Positions 1 through 6,985 of a DNA stretch of 64,000 nt are shown here, piece by piece (the first letter of the stretch is position 1; each line of letters opens with the position of its first letter). This DNA is from Verrucomicrobiia bacterium (GTDB taxonomy: Bacteria; Verrucomicrobiota; Verrucomicrobiia; Limisphaerales; JADLHS01), in NCBI GenBank assembly GCA_026125285.1, contig JAHCLO010000012.1:85008-149007 (forward strand), written 5' to 3'. The notes below the pieces were generated by a model that did not search any database, had not been told where the DNA came from, and worked only from the letters and a program-made list of their open reading frames with translations. The position numbers and the translations under genes are program-made.

Positions 1-1
1 G

Positions 2-202
2 GAGGTTCTCGTTACCGATGAGTCACAGCCTGTGCGGAAGTTCTCGGTGCCCAGCGAACTCAAGTCTGAGTTGCGTCGATTGCTTTCCGATTTGGGGCTG
101 GATGCCTGGAGCCTTTACGGCGGTCCAGATGCGCTGGGCAAGTCGATTACGAGCCGCCTCTGGAAGTCCAAGATAGCACCTGTAATTGCGACCCGGACAT
201 AA
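2..202 (+). CDS. 3' end (66 codons) of a gene starting upstream of the window; tail weakly resembles FRG-domain protein C-termini
   Basis: Frame 2 is open from the window edge to TAA at 200-202 (EVLVTDESQPVRKFSVPSELKSELRRLLSDLGLDAWSLYGGPDALGKSITSRLWKSKIAPVIATRT). It is absent from the ORF track because it has no start in the window. The family guess rests only on a remembered tail pattern. Confidence 0.3.
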   Translation, partial: EVLVTDESQPVRKFSVPSELKSELRRLLSDLGLDAWSLYGGPDALGKSITSRLWKSKIAPVIATRT

Positions 203-210
203 TCAAGCCG

Positions 211-819
211 ATGCGAGTCGCTATTCCGATCAAGGGCCATTCCGGCGACGTGGTGCTCGACCCGTTCTGCGACTGCGGCACGACGATTGACGCCGCCGAG
301 AAACTCGGCCGCGACTGGATCGGCATTGACGTGACGCAACGGGCCATTTCGCTCATCAAGAACCGCCTGCAAGACACCTACGGCCGCCGGCTGAAATTCC
401 TCTCCGGTGGCAGCCGACGTGAGTCGGCTCAAACTTCTTCTGCTCCAGAAAGTCAGAGCGGACTCACCTCCGCTGCTACCGCGGCCACGGCGCGCGGCGT
501 TCACGCCGCTTCAACCCCCGAACACGAGGCGAGGTCGAAGCGGGCTGAAGCCCGCGCTCCCGAAGGTAGGGCGGGCAGTCCTCTGCCCGCCGCAGAACAT
601 GGCGAGTCGTCCGCATCACCCGGCGGCGCGCACGGAGTGACGCGCCCTACCCGAGATGGCGCGCACGGAGTGACGCGCCCTACCGACGTTCACGTCGTTC
701 GCATCATCGGCGAACCCAGCCCCAGCCCGATTATGAAAAAGCGTGGCTCACCGCGGCGCTTCCGCTTACATTTCCGCGCATGGGCACGCTCTACTACGGC
801 GACAACCTCGACATCCTGA
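211..819 (+). pseudogene. 5'-truncated DNA methyltransferase remnant (copy 0 of the tandem array): SAM-binding motif I region plus hairpin-repeat linker, reading through the duplication junction
   Basis: Contains GDVVLDPFCDCGTTIDAAEKLGRDWIGIDV (motif I, FxGxG type) but no DPPF catalytic half. From about 245 it aligns with 1738-2312 and 3231-3704 with scattered substitutions (DPFCDCG vs DPFCGCG, TQRAISL vs TQLAISL). Confidence 0.6.
399..684. repeat. Hairpin-repeat (REP-like) block inside methyltransferase copy 0
   Basis: Same module order as 3385-3670. Here both distal modules are the GGCGCGCACGGAGTGACGCGCCCTACC type. Confidence 0.7.
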
Positions 820-2312
820 GGCGTTACCTCAAGGATGAATCGGTGGACCTCGTTTATCTCGACCCGCCCTTCAACTCCGCGCAGAACTACAACGCCTTCT
901 TTTCGGAAAAGGACGGCAGCGCCGCCGCCAGCCAGATTCACGCCTTCGAGGACACCTGGCATTGGGACATCGAAACCAAACGCGCCTACGACGCCGTGAC
1001 CGAGCAGCCCGGCAAAGTCTCCGACGTGATGCAGGCGTTCTACACCTTTCTCGGCGGCAACGACATGATGGCCTACCTCACCATGATGTCCGCGCGCCTC
1101 GTCGAACTGCGCCGCGTCCTCAAACCCACCGGCTCGCTCTACCTCCACTGCGACCCGACCGCCTCGCATTACCTCAAGCTGCTGTGCGATGCCATCATGG
1201 GGAAAGACAATTTCCGAAATGAAATCGTTTGGAAGCGAGCGAGCGCACACAACGACCCTCGAAAGTGCGGCGACATTCACGACACAATCCTGTTTTACTC
1301 CAAGAGCAACACTTACATTTGGAATCCCCAGTACACCAAGTACACGCAAGATTACCTCGATGCCGAATGGAATGAACTGCCATCAGGTCGTTACTGGAAA
1401 GCTGAGAACATGCTTGATCCGCGAAACTCGATGGAACTGTTCGATTTCAAAGGAACAAAAGCTCGTTGGAGAACGAGCCATGAGAAATTGATGGAACTCT
1501 GGAACGCTCCGCAGACAGACGTTCCAAATAGCCATGGAAGAATCAAACTTAGGAAGGATGGGAAGCCCTCCAAACGCTGCCGCATCATGTTCCTGGATGA
1601 ACTCCCCGGCGTGCCGCTGCAGAGCATCTGGCCAGACATCCCCTCACTACGCGGCGGCGCTGCCGAACGTCTCGGCTACCCGACGCAAAAGCCGGTGGCG
1701 TTGCTGGAGCGGATCATCCAGGCCAGCAGCAATCCCGGCGACGTGGTGCTCGATCCCTTCTGTGGCTGCGGCACGACGATTGACGCCGCCGAGAAACTCG
1801 GCCGCGACTGGATCGGCATTGACGTGACCCAACTGGCCATTTCGCTCATCAAGAACCGCCTGCAAGACACCTACGGCCGCCGGCTGAAATTCATCTCCGG
1901 TAGCAACCGACGTGAGTCGGCTCAAACTTCTTCTGCTCCAGAAAGTCAGAGCGGACTCACGTCCGCTGCTACCGCGGCCACGGCGCGCGGCGTTCACGCC
2001 GCTTCACCCCCCGAACACGAGGCGACGTCGAAGCGGGCTGAAGCCCGCGCTCCCGAAGGTAGGGCGGGCAGTCCTCTGCCCGCCGCCGAACCTGGCGAGT
2101 CGTCCGCATCTCCCGACGGCGCGCAGGGGACTGCGCGCCCTACCCGAGATGGCGCGCACGGAGTGACGCGCCCTACCGACGTTCACGTCGTTCGCATCAT
2201 CGGCGAACCCAGCCCCAGCCCGATTATGAAAAAGCGTGGCTCACCGCGGCGCTTCCGCTTACATTTCCGCGCATGGGCACGCTCTACTACGGCGACAACC
2301 TCGACATCCTGA
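780..2312 (+). CDS. N6-adenine/N4-cytosine DNA methyltransferase (N6_N4_Mtase family, beta-class motif order), copy 1 of the array. It lacks the nuclease-like C-terminal domain and ends in junction-derived sequence.
   Basis: Motif IV LVYLDPPFNS near the N-terminus and motif I VLDPFCGCGTT near residue 320. The N-terminal ~375 aa are identical to the 2273..4204 product. After IIGEP the frame runs into the duplicated 5' leader (SPSPIMKKRGSPRRFRLHFRAWARSTT...) and overlaps the next copy's start. Confidence 0.75.
   Translation: MGTLYYGDNLDILRRYLKDESVDLVYLDPPFNSAQNYNAFFSEKDGSAAASQIHAFEDTWHWDIETKRAYDAVTEQPGKVSDVMQAFYTFLGGNDMMAYLTMMSARLVELRRVLKPTGSLYLHCDPTASHYLKLLCDAIMGKDNFRNEIVWKRASAHNDPRKCGDIHDTILFYSKSNTYIWNPQYTKYTQDYLDAEWNELPSGRYWKAENMLDPRNSMELFDFKGTKARWRTSHEKLMELWNAPQTDVPNSHGRIKLRKDGKPSKRCRIMFLDELPGVPLQSIWPDIPSLRGGAAERLGYPTQKPVALLERIIQASSNPGDVVLDPFCGCGTTIDAAEKLGRDWIGIDVTQLAISLIKNRLQDTYGRRLKFISGSNRRESAQTSSAPESQSGLTSAATAATARGVHAASPPEHEATSKRAEARAPEGRAGSPLPAAEPGESSASPDGAQGTARPTRDGAHGVTRPTDVHVVRIIGEPSPSPIMKKRGSPRRFRLHFRAWARSTTATTSTS
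1892..2177. repeat. Hairpin-repeat (REP-like) block inside methyltransferase copy 1
   Basis: Shifted by 1493 bp from 3385-3670, with a few substitutions concentrated in this block (SGSN/SGSS, TSAATAATA/TAAATAVTE, SPDG/SPGG). Confidence 0.7.
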
Positions 2313-4204
2313 GGCGTTACCTCAAGGATGAATCGGTGGACCTCGTTTATCTCGACCCGCCCTTCAACTCCGCGCAGAACTACAACGCCTTCTTTTCGGA
2401 AAAGGACGGCAGCGCCGCCGCCAGCCAGATTCACGCCTTCGAGGACACCTGGCATTGGGACATCGAAACCAAACGCGCCTACGACGCCGTGACCGAGCAG
2501 CCCGGCAAAGTCTCCGACGTGATGCAGGCGTTCTACACCTTTCTCGGCGGCAACGACATGATGGCCTACCTCACCATGATGTCCGCGCGCCTCGTCGAAC
2601 TGCGCCGCGTCCTCAAACCCACCGGCTCGCTCTACCTCCACTGCGACCCGACCGCCTCGCATTACCTCAAGCTGCTGTGCGATGCCATCATGGGGAAAGA
2701 CAATTTCCGAAATGAAATCGTTTGGAAGCGAGCGAGCGCACACAACGACCCTCGAAAGTGCGGCGACATTCACGACACAATCCTGTTTTACTCCAAGAGC
2801 AACACTTACATTTGGAATCCCCAGTACACCAAGTACACGCAAGATTACCTCGATGCCGAATGGAATGAACTGCCATCAGGTCGTTACTGGAAAGCTGAGA
2901 ACATGCTTGATCCGCGAAACTCGATGGAACTGTTCGATTTCAAAGGAACAAAAGCTCGTTGGAGAACGAGCCATGAGAAATTGATGGAACTCTGGAACGC
3001 TCCGCAGACAGACGTTCCAAATAGCCATGGAAGAATCAAACTTAGGAAGGATGGGAAGCCCTCCAAACGCTGCCGCATCATGTTCCTGGATGAACTCCCC
3101 GGCGTGCCGCTGCAGAGCATCTGGCCAGACATCCCCTCACTACGCGGCGGCGCTGCCGAACGTCTCGGCTACCCGACGCAAAAGCCGGTGGCGTTGCTGG
3201 AGCGGATCATCCAGGCCAGCAGCAATCCCGGCGACGTGGTGCTCGATCCCTTCTGTGGCTGCGGCACGACGATTGACGCCGCCGAGAAACTCGGCCGCGA
3301 CTGGATCGGCATTGACGTGACCCAACTGGCCATTTCGCTCATCAAGAACCGCCTGCAAGACACCTACGGCCGCCGGCTGAAATTCATCTCCGGTAGCAGC
3401 CGACGTGAGTCGGCTCAGACTTCTTCTGCTCCAGAAAGTCAGAGCGGACTCACGGCCGCTGCTACCGCGGTCACGGAGCGCGGCGTTCACGCCGCTTCCA
3501 CCCCCGAACACGAGGCGACGTCGAAGCGGGCTGAAGCCCGCGCTCCCGAAGGTAGGGCGGGCAGTCCTCTGCCCGCCGCCGAACCTGGCGAGTCGTCCGC
3601 ATCACCCGGCGGCGCGCAGGGGACTGCGCGCCCTACCCGAGATGGCGCGCACGGAGTGACGCGCCCTACCGAGGTTCACGTCGTCCGCATCATCGGCGAA
3701 CCCACCACGCCCAGCGAAGCCGCCACGCTCGCGGAGGAGGACAAGTTCCAGTTCCAATGGTGGGCGCTGGGTCTCGTCGGCGCGCGACCCGTCGAGCAGA
3801 AGAAAGGCGCAGACCACGGCATTGACGGCAAAATTCTTTTCCGCGACGACCCGCGTGCCGCGAAGCCCGAGCAGATCATCATTCAAGTCAAAGGCGGCAA
3901 GACCGGCGTGAAGGACGTGCGCGATTTGCGCGGCGTGCTCGACCGCGAGAAAGCCGCCATCGGCGTTTTGATCTCCCTGCAACCGCCCACCGGCCCGATG
4001 GAAACCGAATCCGCGAGCGCCGGGTTTTACGAACACAAGACCAACCAGCAAAAGTATCCGCGCCTCCAGCTCCGCACGGTGAAGGAATTGATGGAAGGCA
4101 AGGGCCTCGAACGCCCCACGAGTGCCGCCGCACTGGAGGAGACGTTCAAGAAGGCGCCGAAGGCAAAAGCCCGGGGCCACGAACAAAGCGCATTGGGACT
4201 TTAG
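2273..4204 (+). CDS. DNA methyltransferase (N6_N4_Mtase family) fused to a C-terminal Mrr-like PD-(D/E)xK restriction-endonuclease-fold domain; full-length copy 2
   Basis: DPPF and FCGCGTT motifs as in copy 1. The C-terminus FQFQWWALGLVGARPVEQKKGADHGIDGKILF...QIIIQVKGGKTGVKDVRDLRGVL matches the Mrr_cat pattern (GIDG ... QVK). Confidence 0.85.
   Translation: MGTLYYGDNLDILRRYLKDESVDLVYLDPPFNSAQNYNAFFSEKDGSAAASQIHAFEDTWHWDIETKRAYDAVTEQPGKVSDVMQAFYTFLGGNDMMAYLTMMSARLVELRRVLKPTGSLYLHCDPTASHYLKLLCDAIMGKDNFRNEIVWKRASAHNDPRKCGDIHDTILFYSKSNTYIWNPQYTKYTQDYLDAEWNELPSGRYWKAENMLDPRNSMELFDFKGTKARWRTSHEKLMELWNAPQTDVPNSHGRIKLRKDGKPSKRCRIMFLDELPGVPLQSIWPDIPSLRGGAAERLGYPTQKPVALLERIIQASSNPGDVVLDPFCGCGTTIDAAEKLGRDWIGIDVTQLAISLIKNRLQDTYGRRLKFISGSSRRESAQTSSAPESQSGLTAAATAVTERGVHAASTPEHEATSKRAEARAPEGRAGSPLPAAEPGESSASPGGAQGTARPTRDGAHGVTRPTEVHVVRIIGEPTTPSEAATLAEEDKFQFQWWALGLVGARPVEQKKGADHGIDGKILFRDDPRAAKPEQIIIQVKGGKTGVKDVRDLRGVLDREKAAIGVLISLQPPTGPMETESASAGFYEHKTNQQKYPRLQLRTVKELMEGKGLERPTSAAALEETFKKAPKAKARGHEQSALGL
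3385..3670. repeat. Hairpin-repeat (REP-like) block forming the in-frame linker of methyltransferase copy 2
   Basis: Five palindromic modules. (1) 25-nt arms at 3392-3416 and 3442-3466, core GGTAGCAGCCGACGTGAG. (2) GCGGGC-TGAA-GCCCGC at 3526-3541. (3) GGCGGGCAG-TCCT-CTGCCCGCC at 3556-3577. (4) GGCGCGCAG-GGGA-CTGCGCGCC at 3611-3632. (5) GGCGCGCACGGAGTGACGCGCC at 3644-3665. Related copies lie in non-coding DNA at 27239-27317 and 58606-58676. Confidence 0.75.
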
Positions 4205-4206
4205 CG

Positions 4207-5148
4207 ATGCGTGGGAGCGATCTGGAGTCGGGGCCTTTGGAATTGGAGTGGAACTTCGACGCCGTACCGGGCGCCGAACTGGTGGCCTGCTGTTATTGGG
4301 AGTATGCGCGGGAATCGGCCTTCATCCGGGACGTGCGCCGGCAGGGTCTGCAAAACTGGCGGGCGGGGGGCAAATGGGACCTCGCCCTCAGCACTGATAT
4401 TCAGAAGCTCCAGAGCATTGGGTATCGCGCCGAGGTTTTTCTGCGCGGCTTTTTCTTTGAACCCGACATCATCCATCAAAGCACCGATGCCAACGCGCCG
4501 CACTACCGCCACCCAGACGCCCCGCCCATCACCGGGAGTTTTCCCAAACCCTGGCAGGCGTTGTGCCCGGAGGAGCGCGCCTATCGGGCCGGTTGTTGCC
4601 GGAAGAACAGCGCGTCGGAACCCACCCCGTTTCGACTGGCCCATTGGGGCTGGGCGAAAGACCTGGCGCAACACGTGGAGTCGCAGGCCCGCCGGATGCG
4701 CGCCGAGTTGCCCCCGGATCAGGGGCTGGGTCCGATCCGGCCGGCTCTGTGTTTCAGCAACGCGGAAACGCTGCTGGTGGACATTGACTGGGCGCAGTTC
4801 ACCAACGACCAGATTGCGCAGGCGTTCCGCCGCCACTTGAAAGCGATCCGGCCCCCGCACCTGCCGGAGCCGGATGGCCGGGGGCACAAGCCGGGAGACT
4901 GGCGGGCGCAACTGACGCGGCTGGCGGTGATGCGGTTGTTGTCGCGGTTCACGACGTTGGAATTAGTGGCCAAAAACGCGTTCCCGGCAATCTGGCAGAC
5001 CAAGCAGTTTGCGGGACGCAAATGGGGAGACATCACCAAATGGCATGATGCCCGCCGGGATGCGCGAAGGTTGTTTCATCGGCTGTTCCCGTTCCTGCCC
5101 GCCACCGAAAAGCCGCTTTCCTGGGTGCGTCGCCGTCCCGGCCAGTAG
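4207..5148 (+). CDS. Hypothetical protein (313 aa), start 3 nt after the methyltransferase stop
   Basis: Long ORF with coding-like composition. ATG at 4207 follows TAG at 4202-4204. No motif I can assign (LEWNFDAVPGAELVACCYWEYARESAFIRD...). Confidence 0.6.
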   Translation: MRGSDLESGPLELEWNFDAVPGAELVACCYWEYARESAFIRDVRRQGLQNWRAGGKWDLALSTDIQKLQSIGYRAEVFLRGFFFEPDIIHQSTDANAPHYRHPDAPPITGSFPKPWQALCPEERAYRAGCCRKNSASEPTPFRLAHWGWAKDLAQHVESQARRMRAELPPDQGLGPIRPALCFSNAETLLVDIDWAQFTNDQIAQAFRRHLKAIRPPHLPEPDGRGHKPGDWRAQLTRLAVMRLLSRFTTLELVAKNAFPAIWQTKQFAGRKWGDITKWHDARRDARRLFHRLFPFLPATEKPLSWVRRRPGQ

Positions 5149-5234
5149 CGTGATCGTTCCTGGCTACCCGGCAAATGCCGTGGTGTTTCCAAGTCTTACG
5201 CTGATTGCTTTGCCGCGTTTTAATGGGCGGCAAG

Positions 5235-5441
5235 ATGACATCCGTTCCATCCTCCAATCTGGCCGCGGTCGGCTACAATCCGTTCACGGCGGTGCTCACC
5301 ATCGCGTTCCATGGCGACCGCGTTTATCAATATTTCCGCGTCCCGGTTTCCATTTATCAAGGGCTGCTGCGCGCGGAGTCGCACGGCAAGTATTTCCACG
5401 CCCATATCAAGAACCGTTACGCTTACCGCCGCATCCGATGA
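5235..5441 (+). CDS. KTSC domain-containing protein
   Basis: SSNLAAVGYNPFTAVLTIAFHGDRVYQYFRVPVSIYQGLLRAESHGKYFHAHIKNRY matches the KTSC pattern (S..I..vGYd....L.v.F..G..Y.Y..VP...y..l..A.S.G.yf...I). Alternative starts at 5205 and 5223. Confidence 0.7.
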   Translation: MTSVPSSNLAAVGYNPFTAVLTIAFHGDRVYQYFRVPVSIYQGLLRAESHGKYFHAHIKNRYAYRRIR

Positions 5442-5869
5442 ACTCCAAGGGTACAACCACGGCCGAAATCCGCATCATGCTGACCGAGATGGTCGCGGAG
5501 GCGCAAGCACTCCAGCAGGCGGCGGGCGGCTCAGTCACCGATGCCGTCGCCGGCTGGCTCGGCCCGCAGTATCTGCTGGCCGCACGCGAAAAATTGACCG
5601 CCGCCGATGGGAACGCCCGGTTCGAGGTGTTGCGGACGTTCCTGCACGACTGGTCGCTGCTGCGGCGCGGCGGTCACGCGGCAGCCCGGCTGCAACTGGA
5701 CCGCGAGGAACTCGACTGGCAGCGGGCCAATGGTCAGGCCCGGAAACAGCAGGAATTCCGGGAATGGATTCAGCGTCCCGAAATCCGCGCCGAGTTTTTC
5801 CCCGAACGATCCAACGGTTTGAGCGAGGAAACCGTGCGAAAAATTGAACGGGAATTGCACTTGTTTTGA
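5438..5869 (+). CDS. Hypothetical protein (143 aa); its C-terminal module is paralogous to that of the 6178..6921 product
   Basis: ATG at 5438 overlaps the KTSC stop (ATGA). It is the in-frame distal part of ORF 5009..5869. The C-terminus is LRRGGHAAARLQLDREELDW...EFREWIQRPEIRAEF...LSEETVRKIERELHLF. Confidence 0.55.
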   Translation: MNSKGTTTAEIRIMLTEMVAEAQALQQAAGGSVTDAVAGWLGPQYLLAAREKLTAADGNARFEVLRTFLHDWSLLRRGGHAAARLQLDREELDWQRANGQARKQQEFREWIQRPEIRAEFFPERSNGLSEETVRKIERELHLF

Positions 5870-6072
5870 AACCTCACTCCCCAACTCCGCGCCGTGGGCG
5901 CCACCCCGCCGGGTATCGTTCCGCGTTTGCCCGGCTCGACGCCGTGCTGGCAGCGCAGCCGCCACCGGACCATTCCGAGAAGCTCCGGTTGCTCTATCGC
6001 GTCATGTTCGGTGACGAGGATGAACCGGCCGAGGACGGCGCGGCTCAATTGCCGGCAGGTAACCATGGATGA
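5866..6072 (+). CDS. Possible small hypothetical protein (68 aa)
   Basis: TTG start overlapping the preceding stop. A competing ORF at 5894..6181 in another frame leaves the call uncertain. Confidence 0.25.
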   Translation: MKPHSPTPRRGRHPAGYRSAFARLDAVLAAQPPPDHSEKLRLLYRVMFGDEDEPAEDGAAQLPAGNHG

Positions 6073-6177
6073 ACCGAGCTTCACGCAGCGGAAAGCACCA
6101 ACGGCCGCGGCTGGTCTTTCAGACCCAGCCGCGCTCCGTAAAAAGTCGGTGTCCACCAGCAGTTCACAAATTTACCC

Positions 6178-6921
6178 ATGACTCGTAACGGCAAGATTGC
6201 CCGCCTGCCGCGCGACCTGCGCGATGAGTTGAACCTTCGGCTGGCCGATGGTCAGTGCGGCAAGGCGTTGCTGGCCTGGCTGAACGGCCTGCCCCAAGTC
6301 ACGGAAGTCCTGAGCCGGGACTTCGGCGGCGCGGCCATCAGCAAACAAAACCTGAGCGAATGGCGGGCCGGCGGTTTTGCCGAGTGGCAGGCGCGGCAGG
6401 AGACGCTGGCCCAGGCCCGCGAACTGGCCGCCGATGCCCGGGAAATCACCGCGGCGACGGAGGGCCGGTTGACGGATCATCTGGCCACCGTGCTGGCGGC
6501 GCGTTATGCCGCGGCGCTGGGGGGCTGGAACGGGGAATTGTCCGAGTCGTTCCGGCGCCAGCTCCGCACCTTGCGGGGGCTGTGTCAGGACATTGTCGAG
6601 TTGCGCCGGGGTGATCATAGCGGCGCGCGGCTGCAGATGGAACGGGAGCGGCTGGAGCGGGAGCGGGAGAAAACCGAGGAGGAAGTGGTGGCGCATTTCC
6701 AGCAATGGGCGGAGAATCCGGCGGTGCGGAAGTGGATTCAGCGGGATCGGATCAGCCCGGAGGAAAAGGCCCGCCGCATCCGGGAAATCTACGGCCTGCC
6801 ACCGGAGCCGCCGGCGACCCCGGCCGCCACCACCGGCGAGTCCAACCCGGTCAAACCCGGTCAAAGTGAGTCAAACCAAGTCAAACCTGAACCAAAGGCA
6901 TCCGGACCCGCATCTGCGTAG
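6178..6921 (+). CDS. Hypothetical protein (247 aa); the N-terminus resembles DUF3486/phage Mu gp27-like HTH proteins
   Basis: MTRNGKIARLPRDLRDELNLRLADGQCGKALLAWLNGLP...ISKQNLSEW resembles the remembered DUF3486 opening (..K.d.LP.elreeLn.rL.dg...). The C-terminal module is shared with the 5438..5869 product. The tail is encoded by phased GTCAAAC repeats. Confidence 0.6.
   Translation: MTRNGKIARLPRDLRDELNLRLADGQCGKALLAWLNGLPQVTEVLSRDFGGAAISKQNLSEWRAGGFAEWQARQETLAQARELAADAREITAATEGRLTDHLATVLAARYAAALGGWNGELSESFRRQLRTLRGLCQDIVELRRGDHSGARLQMERERLEREREKTEEEVVAHFQQWAENPAVRKWIQRDRISPEEKARRIREIYGLPPEPPATPAATTGESNPVKPGQSESNQVKPEPKASGPASA
6840..6889. repeat. Five direct 10-bp repeats with a GTCAAAC core
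   Basis: GTCCAACCCG GTCAAACCCG GTCAAAGTGA GTCAAACCAA GTCAAACCTG, exact 10-bp phasing, inside the 3' end of the 6178..6921 CDS (encodes SNPVKPGQSESNQVKP). Confidence 0.8.
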
Positions 6922-6985
6922 AGTTTTGTGTTCCCTGATCGGAGCCGGTTTAATAACCTCGCGTCAGTGGTTAACCGCCAAGCCT

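Larger units (their letters stand above)
245..3704. repeat. Tandem direct repeat, unit 1,493 bp, about 2.3 copies, spanning the methyltransferase locus
   Basis: The period comes from identical starts at 780 and 2273 (difference 1493). All six-frame ORFs in 690-1827 are identical to those in 2183-3320. Junction: GGCGAACCCA (2202-2211; also 709-718) is joined to the gene's own 5' leader GCCCCAGCCCGATTATGAAAAAGCG. The unique continuation CCACGCCCAGCGAAG follows the last copy at 3705. Confidence 0.85.

Noticed and set aside
5894-6181. 95-aa ORF overlapping the 68-aa ORF between the 143-aa and 247-aa genes.
   Set aside because: Two overlapping candidates without motifs. Neither can be preferred with confidence. 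Only the one with start/stop coupling was listed, at low confidence.
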